NCBI GenBank assembly: GCA_046715035.1
Contig: JBKJZR010000179.1
Coordinates: 1-56,387 of the forward strand
Direction of reading: 5' to 3'
DNA: 56,387 bases
Origin: Burkholderiales bacterium
Lineage (GTDB): Bacteria; Pseudomonadota; Gammaproteobacteria; Burkholderiales; SG8-41
In this document: piece by piece, positions 23,354 to 32,773 of the stretch
How positions within the stretch are numbered: the first letter of the stretch is position 1
How the letters are laid out: each line of letters starts with the position of its first letter
The notes under the pieces: generated by a model
Databases searched by the model: none
The model's input: only the letters and a program-made list of their open reading frames with translations
Told to the model about the DNA's origin: nothing
Position numbers and translations under genes: made by a program

Positions 23354-24442
23354 TTAACGCACGCGCAGAAAGCTGCCCCCTGGCAGCTTTTCGACGAGCC
23401 CCTGCAGCTCGAGTTCCAGCAACAGGCCTGAAACGACGTCAGCGCTGCTGCCGGCGCGCGAGCACAGTGCGTCGAAGCTCGACGGATCGTAACCGAGGTG
23501 CTCGAGCAAGCGCGCCGCATCGGCGCCCACCTGGGGCAGGGTGACCGAAGCTGGGGCAACGGCTGCGAGGTTGAGTTCCGCGAGGATGTCGTCGGCACTG
23601 TCGACGAGCTTCGCGCCCTGTTTGATCAGCGCGTGACACCCTTTCGCGAGCGGCGAATGGATCGAACCCGGCAGCGCGAAGACATCGCGTCCCTGTTCGT
23701 TCGCCAGGCGCGCTGTGATCAGCGAGCCGCTTTCGAGGGCCGCTTCAACCACGAGGCAGCCTCGGCACAGGCCGCTGATCACGCGGTTGCGGCGCGGAAA
23801 ATTGCTGGCGAGCGGCGGTGTTCCCAAGGCGAACTCGGAGATCAACGTTCCCTGCGCAGCCAGCTCGTGGGCGAGATCGCGATTGCGTGCCGGGTAAACG
23901 ACGTCGAGACCGGTGCCGACTACTGCCACGCTGCCGCCCGCCCCGCTCAGTCCCCCACGGTGTGCCGCCGCGTCGATGCCGAGGGCGAGTCCGCTCACGA
24001 TCGTGATGCCGGCCGCGCTGAGCGCGCGTGCGAACGCTTCGGCATTGAGCTTCCCCTGCGCCGTCGCGTTGCGGCTGCCGACGATTGCCAGTGCGCGGGC
24101 GTTGAGCAAATCGCGCCGGCCTTTGACATACAGCACGGCCGGCGGATCGGGAATTTGCAGCAACAGCTGGGGATAGTCCGCATCACCGAGGGCGACGACA
24201 TGGTTGGCAGGGTCGTCGAGCCAGCGCAGCGCAACGGCCGCGTCTTGGGCATTGCCCCCGTCGGCGATTTGCGCCGCAAGGTGGGCGTCCACGCAGCGTC
24301 GCAGCGCCGCCGGCTTCGCGGCCAGTGCCTCACCCGGCGAACCAAACTCGCGCAACAGCGCGCGCATTCCGGCGTCGCCCAGGCCGGCAACCAGCGCGAG
24401 ACGCAGCCACGCTTCGCGACCGTGCCGGTCCGCAGGCGTCAT
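23354..24442 (-). CDS. dprA: DNA-processing protein DprA (Smf)
   Basis: 362-aa ORF with the Rossmann-like core IVSGLALGIDAAAHRGGL...VVGTGLDVVYPARN...ISEFALGTPP..NFPRRNR. Confidence 0.93.
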   Translation of the reverse strand: MTPADRHGREAWLRLALVAGLGDAGMRALLREFGSPGEALAAKPAALRRCVDAHLAAQIADGGNAQDAAVALRWLDDPANHVVALGDADYPQLLLQIPDPPAVLYVKGRRDLLNARALAIVGSRNATAQGKLNAEAFARALSAAGITIVSGLALGIDAAAHRGGLSGAGGSVAVVGTGLDVVYPARNRDLAHELAAQGTLISEFALGTPPLASNFPRRNRVISGLCRGCLVVEAALESGSLITARLANEQGRDVFALPGSIHSPLAKGCHALIKQGAKLVDSADDILAELNLAAVAPASVTLPQVGADAARLLEHLGYDPSSFDALCSRAGSSADVVSGLLLELELQGLVEKLPGGSFLRVR

Positions 24443-24490
24443 GCGCAGCCGTTAAGGAGCGCGCCCCGGCACCGCGCCAGGGCACCAAAT

Positions 24491-25666
24491 TCAGGGATTA
24501 GTGACGACGTCGAGTACGGTCACCGGCCGGTCGGCGTTCAGCACGAGCGCGTAGGACGCGCGCTCGAAGACGCGAAACACCATCAGCAGGCCGTATCGTT
24601 CGTCGGGAAGCGTCGCCGAGGGCAGATTGGTCTTGTCGTCCTTGTAACGCGCACCGAACGGCCCGATACGTCCATAGATGGGGCCGTCGCGGCCCGTCAG
24701 CGGCTCGTTGTGATAACGGTGCTTCGGATTCTTCTCATCATAGAACACACCAGTGCGGCCGTACAGCGAGCTTTCGCGTAACTGATTGGTCGACGCGTTG
24801 AGGTTGCGATAGATGGCGAGCACGTTCCCGACCTCGAGTCCATCACGCGCGCCTTTGCTGAGGGCGACGATGGAATTGGGACCCACCTCGTACAGCGCAC
24901 CGTAGGCGGCAATGATGCGCGCGTCGACGGGTCGTGCCGGGGCGCGGGGAACATAGTTGACCAGCGCTACATCGCGCGGCGCGGGCAGCAACCGATCGCC
25001 GGCGGTGATTTCGATCGGCGACTTGACGATCTCTATCGTCGAGATATCGCCAAAGCGCGTGACCCTCGCGTCGCCCAGATAAATCGCTTCGTAGCCCAGC
25101 GTTTCTCTCGTAACCGGGTCGACGAGTGCCGAGCCCGGACGGAACAGCTGCCAGTAATCGCCCTGTTCCTTGGTGATGCCCTGGACATAAGCGACGTTGC
25201 CCGCCCCCAAAGCGACGCGATTCTCCTGGGTGCGCACGATGCGCGGCGCGCTGTCGAGCTGGTTCCGCGCGATCACCAGCGGCTTGCTGAGGAATGGCTC
25301 GATGTCCGCGATCGGGATCGTCGGCACCGGTTCGGGTTCAAGCGGCGTTGTCCGCGCCTGTGGGCTCAGCCTGACAGTGTCGCGTCTCTGCAGCGATAGC
25401 CGCATCTCATACGCGGTGCGGTCGAGGACGAGCACGTCCCCGGGGTAAATGCGGTGGGGATTGCGAATCTGTGTCTGGTTCATGCGCCAGAGTTCGGCCC
25501 ACCGCCACGGATCCTTCAGAAAGCGGGCGGCGATGCCCCACAGGGTGTCGCCGCGCTGCACGACGTAGCGCTCGGGGGCACCGGGGGCGAGGTCGGCCGT
25601 CGTCGCCGCAGGCGCTGCGCCCACGCAACTGCACCATAAAATCAGGGATATAATTGACTTTCGCAT
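24491..25666 (-). CDS. LysM peptidoglycan-binding domain protein (secreted)
   Basis: The real start is MRKSIISLILWCSCVGAAPA (ATG at 25666, preceded by a GGGGGG Shine-Dalgarno-like run). The LysM motif YVVQRGDTLWGIAARFLKDPWRWAELW is present. The longer track ORF would overlap def. Confidence 0.85.
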   Translation of the reverse strand: MRKSIISLILWCSCVGAAPAATTADLAPGAPERYVVQRGDTLWGIAARFLKDPWRWAELWRMNQTQIRNPHRIYPGDVLVLDRTAYEMRLSLQRRDTVRLSPQARTTPLEPEPVPTIPIADIEPFLSKPLVIARNQLDSAPRIVRTQENRVALGAGNVAYVQGITKEQGDYWQLFRPGSALVDPVTRETLGYEAIYLGDARVTRFGDISTIEIVKSPIEITAGDRLLPAPRDVALVNYVPRAPARPVDARIIAAYGALYEVGPNSIVALSKGARDGLEVGNVLAIYRNLNASTNQLRESSLYGRTGVFYDEKNPKHRYHNEPLTGRDGPIYGRIGPFGARYKDDKTNLPSATLPDERYGLLMVFRVFERASYALVLNADRPVTVLDVVTNP

Positions 25667-25780
25667 CGTGCCCCCCATCTTCCGTCCCGTGGCCAGATCC
25701 AGGCAGACGCCTTGCTCACGGCCGCAATAGTCATAGATTAGTTTAAATTGTGCCCCTAGTTTATTAAATTTGCAAGAAAT

Positions 25781-26284
25781 ATGGCAATACTGCGCATTCT
25801 CCAATACCCGGATCCGCGCCTTTATACCGTCGCTGCCCCGGTCGTCGCTGTCGATGACACAATCAGGAAACTAATCAATGATATGGCCGAGACCATGTAC
25901 GCGGCGCCCGGGGTTGGCCTCGCCGCCACGCAAGTCGATGTTCACCAGCGCATCATCCTAATCGATATTTCGCCGACTCACGACCAGCGACAGGTGTTCG
26001 TGAACCCCGAGATCATCGCTCGCAGCGGTGCGGCCGACTGTGAAGAAGGCTGTCTGTCAGTGCCTGGCATATTCGAGCGGGTAACGCGTGCCGAGCGTAT
26101 CACCGTGCGAGCTCTCGCGGCCAATGGGGAGCCTTTCGAACGCGATGCCGAGGGGTTGCTCGCCGTCTGCATACAGCACGAAACCGATCATCTGGACGGC
26201 AAGGTGTTTGTCGACTATCTGTCACGCCTTAAACAGCAGCGTATTCTCGCCAAGCTCAGGAAACAACAAAGGCGGGTGATGTGA
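25781..26284 (+). CDS. def: Peptide deformylase
   Basis: 167-aa ORF with the three deformylase motifs [17 protein letters not shown] and HETDHLDG. Confidence 0.96.
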   Translation: MAILRILQYPDPRLYTVAAPVVAVDDTIRKLINDMAETMYAAPGVGLAATQVDVHQRIILIDISPTHDQRQVFVNPEIIARSGAADCEEGCLSVPGIFERVTRAERITVRALAANGEPFERDAEGLLAVCIQHETDHLDGKVFVDYLSRLKQQRILAKLRKQQRRVM

Positions 26285-26328
26285 CGCGGCGTTCCCCGCC
26301 AATGACGCCGAGCGCGCGCGCCGCGTAG

Positions 26329-27243
26329 ATGAGGCTTATTTTCGCCGGAACTCCCGACTTCGCCGCCGCAGCGCTCGATGCATTGATCGCTGCCGGTCAT
26401 GACATCGGGCTGGTCCTGACGCAGCCCGATCGAGCCGCGGGTCGCGGCCTGCACCCGCGCGCCAGCGCGGTCAAGCTGCACGCCCAGGCAGCGCGCTTGC
26501 GCGTTATCCAGCCGCTCAGCCTCAAGGGTGCCGAAATTCAGCAAGCGTTGCGCCATGTTGCTGCGGAGGCGATGGTAGTTGCCGCTTACGGTCTGATTCT
26601 GCCTGCGGATATATTGTCGATCCCCGCGCGTGGCTGCCTCAACATCCACGCTTCCCTCCTGCCCCGCTGGCGCGGCGCGGCCCCCATTCAGCGCGCGCTG
26701 CTGGCAGGGGACAAGCAAACGGGTATCACCATCATGCAGATGGACGCCGGCCTCGATACGGGCGCCATTTTGTTGCAGAGCGGGTGCGCAATTGCCGCAG
26801 ACGATACGGCGCAGACGCTCCACGACCGTCTTGCCCAACTGGGCGCGGTGGCTGTTGTAAGGGCTTTGCAACAAACGACAGTGCCGCGCCTTCAGGACCC
26901 CGCGCTCGCCACGTATGCGGAAAAAATCCGCAAGGCGGAAGCGCAGATCGACTGGACGCAGCCTGCGCAGCGCATAGACCGCTGCATCCGCGCTTTCAAC
27001 CCCGCGCCCGGAGCATCGACGACGCTGCGCGGCATGCCGCTCAAGATCTGGCGCGCGCGCCCGTTGGTATCCGGCGGCCGGCCGCCGGGCAGCATTCTCG
27101 CGGCGGAGTCCGAGATCGTCATCGCCACTGGCGAGGGCGCGCTCGCCATCGCGGAATTACAGCTCGCGGGCGGCCGGCGGCTTGCGGCGCCGGCGTTCCT
27201 GGCGGGTCACACCGCTGCGCCCGGAACTGTGCTCGGAACTTGA
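26329..27243 (+). CDS. fmt: Methionyl-tRNA formyltransferase
   Basis: 304-aa ORF starting MRLIFAGTPDFAA and containing NIHASLLPRWRGAAPIQRA. Located downstream of def. Confidence 0.95.
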   Translation: MRLIFAGTPDFAAAALDALIAAGHDIGLVLTQPDRAAGRGLHPRASAVKLHAQAARLRVIQPLSLKGAEIQQALRHVAAEAMVVAAYGLILPADILSIPARGCLNIHASLLPRWRGAAPIQRALLAGDKQTGITIMQMDAGLDTGAILLQSGCAIAADDTAQTLHDRLAQLGAVAVVRALQQTTVPRLQDPALATYAEKIRKAEAQIDWTQPAQRIDRCIRAFNPAPGASTTLRGMPLKIWRARPLVSGGRPPGSILAAESEIVIATGEGALAIAELQLAGGRRLAAPAFLAGHTAAPGTVLGT

Positions 27244-27368
27244 CCGGGACTGCGTCGATGTGTGCTTCCTCAAGCGCTGCAATCGCCGAGCCTTCCAGCA
27301 ATCGCCGCGCCGCGCCCGCAAACGTCGCGGGCATGGGCGCGGTGGCTCGCTAAAGCTCCCCGCCGGCC

Positions 27369-28652
27369 GTGCTCGAAACGCAACGCCTCGCCAGCCTCGC
27401 GGTGGGCGCAGTGCACGAAGGTCGCAACCTGAATGCGGCACTTGCCGAGTCGTGGGGGCGCCATCCCCAACTCAGCGCGCAGCAGCGCGGCGCGATCACC
27501 GATCTCAGCCATGGTGCGTTGCGCTTCGGGCACCGGCTCGAAGCGATACTCGACCCGCTGCTGGCGAAGCCGCTGCGTGATCCGGCGCTGCGTGCGCTGC
27601 TGCTGGTCGCGTTGTATCAGCTGCTCCATACGCGCGCCGCGCCCCACGCCATCGTCGATCACGCGGTAAGCTGCGCCGCGCGGCTGGGCGCGCCTCACGC
27701 GTCAGGCCTCATCAACGCTGTGCTGCGCAATTTTCTGCGTCGTCGCGGGGCGTTCGTCGCTGCGGCCTCTCAGGAAACCGAGCCGGGCCGATATTGTCAC
27801 CCGCAATGGTGGATCGACCGCCTGCGCACGCAGTACCCGCACCACTACGGCGCGATCCTCGCAGCGGGCAACCAGCGGCCACCGTTTACGCTGCGCGTCA
27901 ACCGCCGTCGCGCTACACGTGAAGGCTACTGCGCGCTGTTGGCTGCACAAGGCATTACCGCAACGGTCGTCGGGCAGGACGCGATTACGATAACGCCTGC
28001 CATGCCGGTCGAGCGCGTGCCGGGCTTTGCAGTGGGCACAGTGTCGGTGCAGGATGCCGCTGCGCAGATCGCGGCACCGCTGCTCGACGCCCAGGATGGC
28101 ATGCTGGTCCTGGACGCCTGCGCTGCACCCGGCGGCAAGACCACGCATCTGCTCGAGATCGCCGACGTCGACCTGGTGGCGCTCGATAGCGACGCGCCGC
28201 GCTTGCAGCGCGTGCAACAGAACCTGGATCGGCTCGGATTGACGGCGCGCTTGCAGCGCGGTGATGCGCGCGATCCAACCGTGCTGGGCGACGCCAGATT
28301 CGCGCGCATTCTCGCTGACGTCCCGTGCAGCGCATCCGGCGTGGTGCGCCGCCACCCCGATATCAAGTGGCTGCGGCGCGCCCGCGACATCGCGCAGTTC
28401 TCGATGCAGCAACGGCGGATGCTTGACGCTCTGTGGCAGTTATTGGCCAGTGGTGGTAAATTGCTGTATACAACGTGTTCGGTTTTCCAGGAAGAAAACT
28501 CGCAGCAGATCGCAGAGTTTCTAGCGCGTCACTCCGACGCCAGGCGGCTGCCGTTAGGCGGGGTGATAACGTTGGACGGAATTCCAGACGGCCAGCTGCT
28601 GCCGGATAGCGAGCATGATGGCTTTTTCTACGCCCTGCTGCAAAAGCCCTAG
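27369..28652 (+). CDS. rsmB: 16S rRNA (cytosine967-C5)-methyltransferase
   Basis: 427-aa ORF with a GTG start. It has a NusB-like N-terminal domain, the SAM fold VLDACAAPGGKTTHL and the catalytic region DVPCSASGVVRRHPDIKW...LYTTCS. Confidence 0.92.
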   Translation: MLETQRLASLAVGAVHEGRNLNAALAESWGRHPQLSAQQRGAITDLSHGALRFGHRLEAILDPLLAKPLRDPALRALLLVALYQLLHTRAAPHAIVDHAVSCAARLGAPHASGLINAVLRNFLRRRGAFVAAASQETEPGRYCHPQWWIDRLRTQYPHHYGAILAAGNQRPPFTLRVNRRRATREGYCALLAAQGITATVVGQDAITITPAMPVERVPGFAVGTVSVQDAAAQIAAPLLDAQDGMLVLDACAAPGGKTTHLLEIADVDLVALDSDAPRLQRVQQNLDRLGLTARLQRGDARDPTVLGDARFARILADVPCSASGVVRRHPDIKWLRRARDIAQFSMQQRRMLDALWQLLASGGKLLYTTCSVFQEENSQQIAEFLARHSDARRLPLGGVITLDGIPDGQLLPDSEHDGFFYALLQKP

Positions 28653-29193
28653 CCTGTGGTCCCTGCTCGTCGCGCTGGCGCTCGCGCTCGCCTCGGCGTT
28701 GGCCGGGGCCGAAGGCATCGAAGTTCGCCGCGCCGCGCTGGTGCCAGCCGAAGAGGGCTTTTTCCTCGAGGCCGATTTCGAGATCGCGCTGACTCCCACG
28801 CTGGAGGAAGCGCTCAATAAGGGCGTGCCGCTTTATTTCCTGACCGAGTTCGAGGTCATACGTCCGCGCTGGTACTGGTTCAACGACAAAGTTTTCGGCA
28901 CCCAGCAGCAATACCGGCTTTCGTACAACGCCCTCACGCGGCAGTACCGCATCGGCGTGGGCGCGCTGTACCATAATTTCGGCGCGCTCGCGGAAGCGCT
29001 CGATTTCCTGACGCGCGTGCGGCGCCGGCAAGTCCTCGAGCACGGCGTGCTGGTCAAGGGCAACACCTATACGGCCGGCGTGCGCATGCGCCTCGACGTA
29101 TCTCAGCTGCCCAAGCCCTTTCAGCTGAACGCGGTCGCGTCGCGGGACTGGAATCTCGCCTCCGACTGGTACCGCTGGACGGTGACGCCATGA
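28615..29193 (+). CDS. DUF4390-like secreted protein
   Basis: 192-aa ORF with a signal peptide. As I recall, a gene of this kind commonly sits between rsmB and ntrY in betaproteobacteria. The start may lie downstream, because the first 38 nt overlap rsmB. Confidence 0.7.
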   Translation: MMAFSTPCCKSPSLWSLLVALALALASALAGAEGIEVRRAALVPAEEGFFLEADFEIALTPTLEEALNKGVPLYFLTEFEVIRPRWYWFNDKVFGTQQQYRLSYNALTRQYRIGVGALYHNFGALAEALDFLTRVRRRQVLEHGVLVKGNTYTAGVRMRLDVSQLPKPFQLNAVASRDWNLASDWYRWTVTP

Positions 29194-31394
29194 TGCTCGA
29201 CCTGCCGCGCATTCGTCCCGTCCTGCAGAGCGGTGCGGTCAAGTATCTGTTGATACTGTGCTCGGTCGTGGGCGCCGTTACGCTCTATCTGCTCGCCACC
29301 GCTACCGCCAACACCGCCTTGTTCGCGCAGCACTATCCCCTGCTGCTTTCCCTGAACGGTGGACTGGCGGTCTGCCTCGCGCTGCTGCTCGGCTACCAGC
29401 TCTTCATGCTGCGGCAGAAACTCAAGGCGGGCGTGTTCGGCGCCAAGCTCACGCTGCGGCTGGTCATGCTTTTCGCTTTGGTGGCGGTGCTGCCCGGCGC
29501 GCTCGTGTATGGTGTCTCGGTGCAGTTCGTCGCCAAGAGCATCGAGTCGTGGTTCGACGTGCGCGTCGAAAAGGCGCTCGAGGGCGGCCTCGAACTCGGC
29601 CGCACGACACTCGACAACCTGCTCAAGGATCTCGCGCTCAAGGCCGATGCCATGGCGGTATCGCTGGCGCTGCGGCCCTTCCCCGAGCATTTCGCGACGC
29701 TCAATGCGCTGCGCGAGCAGGCAGGCGTGCAGGAAGCGACGCTGTTCACGGAGCGCGGGCGGGTCATCGCGGTTTCGACCGCCGAACGCAGCCGCCTGAT
29801 TCCCGATCTGCCGAATCCCATGGCGTTGCGCCTGCTGCGCCAGCAGCAGACCTACAGCGCGGTCGAAGCGATCCCCGACAGGGGCCTGTATCTGCGGGTG
29901 CTGGTGTCCGTCAACGTCGTCAGCCTCGCCGAAGAGCCGCGCGTCCTGCAGCTCATGCACCCGGTGCCGAAGCAGCTCGCGCTGAATGCCGAGACGGTGC
30001 AGACCGGCCAGCGCGAATATCAGGAACTGCTGCTCGCGCGTCAGGGGCTGAAGCGGCTATACGGCATCACGCTGACGCTCACGCTGCTGCTTGCGCTGCT
30101 CACCGCTCTTTCGCTCGCTTTCGTGCTGAGCGAGCGTTTGGCAGCGCCGTTGAGCTTTCTGGTCGAGGGCACGCGCGCGGTTGCCCAAGGCGATTACAGC
30201 CAGCGCGAAACGGTCGCCAGCCGCGACGAGCTGGGCGCCATCACCGAGTCGTTCAACGCCATGCGCCAGCAGCTCGCCGAAGCGCGCGCGGTGGGAGAGC
30301 GCAATCAGGCGCAGCTTGCCAACGCGCATGCGTACCTGCAAAGCGTGCTCACCAATCTCTCGGCGGGTGTGCTCGCGTTCGACGCAAAGATGCAGCTGCG
30401 CTCGTTCAATCGCAGTGCCGGAAAGATACTCGATGCGGATATCGCGCAGCTGTCCGGGCTGCCGCTCGAGCGCTGGGCTGCGCAGGCGCCCCAGCTCGCT
30501 AAGCTCGCCGGCGAGATCGCCACTGCCTTCGAGGACGGCAAACCGGTCGAATGGGAGAAGCAGATCGAGCAGGCGGGCCGCAACGGCAGCCAGATGCTGC
30601 TGGCCCGCGGCACACAGCTGCCGGCAGGCAGCGGTACGGGATACATAGTGGTTTTCGACGACATTACGCACGTGCTGCAGGCACAGCGCGACGCGGCGTG
30701 GAGCGAAGTTGCGCGGCGGCTCGCCCACGAAATCAAGAATCCACTGACGCCGATCCAGCTCTCCGCCGAGCGCCTGCAGCACAAGCTCGCGCAGAAACTC
30801 GCCGGCGCCGATGCCGACCTGCTGCTGCGCTCGACGCAGACCATCGTTAACCAGGTCGGGGCCCTGAAAAACATGGTGGATGCGTTCCGCCAGTATGCGC
30901 GCATGCCCGAGCCGGCACTCCAGGAACTCGATCTCAACGCGCTGCTGCGCGAAGTACTGACGCTCTATGAATCATCGCTGGCGGGCGCGATGCGCGTAGA
31001 GCTCGCGCCGGACCTGCCGCGTTTCGTCGGCGATTCCGCGCAGCTGCGCCAGGTGCTGCACAACCTGCTGCAGAACGCGCAGGATGCGCTCGCGGACAGC
31101 GCCAGTCCGAGTATAGTGGTGCGCTCGGAGCGCTCGGACGGTGCGCTGCGGGTGACGATTACCGACAACGGTGCGGGATTCCCCGAGCAGCTGATGCGCC
31201 GGGCCTTCGAGCCCTATGTCACCACCAAACCCAAGGGCACCGGCCTCGGCCTGGTGATCGTCAAGAAGATCGTCGAAGAGCACGGCGGCACGGTGCACAT
31301 CGAAAACATCGCACCGCATGGCGCGCGCGTCACTTTCACGCTGCCGCTGCGAGCGGCGCATTGCGCACCCAGCCGCAGTTCGGTGCGCGCTTAG
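29190..31394 (+). CDS. ntrY: NtrY-like PAS/HAMP sensor histidine kinase
   Basis: 734-aa ORF with N-terminal TM helices, a HAMP region, the H-box LAHEIKNPLTPIQLSAERL and ATPase N/G boxes (LHNLLQNAQDA, DNGAGF, GTGLGL). Confidence 0.88.
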   Translation: MMLDLPRIRPVLQSGAVKYLLILCSVVGAVTLYLLATATANTALFAQHYPLLLSLNGGLAVCLALLLGYQLFMLRQKLKAGVFGAKLTLRLVMLFALVAVLPGALVYGVSVQFVAKSIESWFDVRVEKALEGGLELGRTTLDNLLKDLALKADAMAVSLALRPFPEHFATLNALREQAGVQEATLFTERGRVIAVSTAERSRLIPDLPNPMALRLLRQQQTYSAVEAIPDRGLYLRVLVSVNVVSLAEEPRVLQLMHPVPKQLALNAETVQTGQREYQELLLARQGLKRLYGITLTLTLLLALLTALSLAFVLSERLAAPLSFLVEGTRAVAQGDYSQRETVASRDELGAITESFNAMRQQLAEARAVGERNQAQLANAHAYLQSVLTNLSAGVLAFDAKMQLRSFNRSAGKILDADIAQLSGLPLERWAAQAPQLAKLAGEIATAFEDGKPVEWEKQIEQAGRNGSQMLLARGTQLPAGSGTGYIVVFDDITHVLQAQRDAAWSEVARRLAHEIKNPLTPIQLSAERLQHKLAQKLAGADADLLLRSTQTIVNQVGALKNMVDAFRQYARMPEPALQELDLNALLREVLTLYESSLAGAMRVELAPDLPRFVGDSAQLRQVLHNLLQNAQDALADSASPSIVVRSERSDGALRVTITDNGAGFPEQLMRRAFEPYVTTKPKGTGLGLVIVKKIVEEHGGTVHIENIAPHGARVTFTLPLRAAHCAPSRSSVRA

Positions 31395-31410
31395 AACCGA
31401 GTCCGCGAAC

Positions 31411-32667
31411 ATGCAACAGATCATGGTAGTAGATGACGAGGTCGGAATCCGCGAGCTGCTGTCCGAAATCTTGCGTGATGAAGGCTATCAGGTGCGGCTC
31501 GCGGAGAATGCCAGTCAGGCGCGCACGCTGCGCACCCAGGCGCGTCCCGATCTCGTGCTGCTCGATATCTGGATGCCGGATACCGACGGCATCACTTTGC
31601 TCAAGGAATGGGCGAGCTCCGGGCTGCTGACGATGCCAGTGGTCATGATGTCCGGGCACGGGACGATAGACACGGCGGTGGAAGCGACCCGCATCGGGGC
31701 CTACGATTTTCTCGAAAAGCCCATCGCGCTCCAGAAGCTGCTGGCGACGGTGGGCCGTGCGTTGCGCAGCGGCGAGCAGCCGGTGAAGCCGACGCTCATG
31801 CTCGCAACGCTCGGCCGCGCGGCGGTCGTAACCGAACTCAAGCAGCGCCTCGAGCGCATCGCGAATCTCAAGTCGCCTCTGTTGCTGACGGCTGAGCCGG
31901 GCTGCGGCGCCGAGCTGTGCGCGAAGTTCGTCCATCCGCCCAACGCCCCATGGGTGGCGCCCGAGAATCTGAACGTGCTCGCTGAGGCGCCACTCGACTT
32001 GCTGCACCAGGCGCGCGAGGGCACGCTGTTCCTCCACGAGACCGGCGACCTCAATCGCGTGGAGCAAAAAGGACTGCTGCTCATCATCGGCAAACTGGAG
32101 AAGTACAACACGCGGCTCGTGTGTGCGACCGCGCGGCGGCTGCCAGAGCTGGTAGCGCAGGGCAGTTTCGACGCGCGGCTTTACGGCGCGATCGCCACGG
32201 TGACCGTGCACGTCCCGAGCCTGCGCGAACACCGCGAGGACATCCCGGATCTTGCCAATTTGTTTCTGGTGCGCAGCATCGAAGCCAAGGAAGTCGCACC
32301 TCGGCATTTCAGCACCGCGGCCCTCAACGCGCTGCGCAACTACGACTGGCCGGGAAATCTCGACCAGCTCGAAGGCGCAGTGCGCACCCTGGCGCTGACC
32401 GCGCTCACCGAGGAGATCGGGGTCGGTGACGTTAATCATGCGCTGTCGGTCGTCGGCACGCCGGGCGCAACCATGCCCGGACTGCCGCTCGATCTGCCGC
32501 TGCGTGAAGCGCGCGACGGGTTCGAGCGCGTGTATTTCGAGCATCACATCGCCAAAGAGGGCGGCAATATGAGCCGCGTCGCCGACAGTGTCGGCCTCGA
32601 GCGCACGCATCTTTATCGCAAGCTGAAACAGCTCGGCATCAAGCTCGCCCGCCGCAACGGCGAGTAG
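31411..32667 (+). CDS. ntrX: NtrX-like response regulator with a degenerate AAA+ domain and a Fis-type HTH
   Basis: The start is MQQIMVVDDEVGIRELL (ATG at 31411). It has a receiver domain (DLVLLDIWMPD), a central NtrC-like fold and a C-terminal HTH (GGNMSRVADSVGLERTHLYRKLKQLGI). Confidence 0.88.
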   Translation: MQQIMVVDDEVGIRELLSEILRDEGYQVRLAENASQARTLRTQARPDLVLLDIWMPDTDGITLLKEWASSGLLTMPVVMMSGHGTIDTAVEATRIGAYDFLEKPIALQKLLATVGRALRSGEQPVKPTLMLATLGRAAVVTELKQRLERIANLKSPLLLTAEPGCGAELCAKFVHPPNAPWVAPENLNVLAEAPLDLLHQAREGTLFLHETGDLNRVEQKGLLLIIGKLEKYNTRLVCATARRLPELVAQGSFDARLYGAIATVTVHVPSLREHREDIPDLANLFLVRSIEAKEVAPRHFSTAALNALRNYDWPGNLDQLEGAVRTLALTALTEEIGVGDVNHALSVVGTPGATMPGLPLDLPLREARDGFERVYFEHHIAKEGGNMSRVADSVGLERTHLYRKLKQLGIKLARRNGE

Positions 32668-32773
32668 CCTTCCGCACGCAACGCGCGAGGGCCGCGGCGT
32701 AGCCAAAGCGGGCCGTTTCTAAGATAATTGCGGCTCGCGTCTCGCCCTCCCAACCTCCCGCAGGAATTAGCTC

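Noticed and set aside
31336-32706. Long antisense ORFs opposite ntrX (456 aa), pyk (37132-38631, 499 aa), a Bug gene (43946-45055, 369 aa), the first carboxyltransferase gene (47164-48501, 445 aa) and the second (53971-55578, 535 aa).
   Set aside because: Each lies opposite a gene with strong family signatures and has Arg/Ala/Gly/His-rich, motif-free sequence. I treat them as a stop-codon-poor antisense frame artefact of GC-rich coding DNA.
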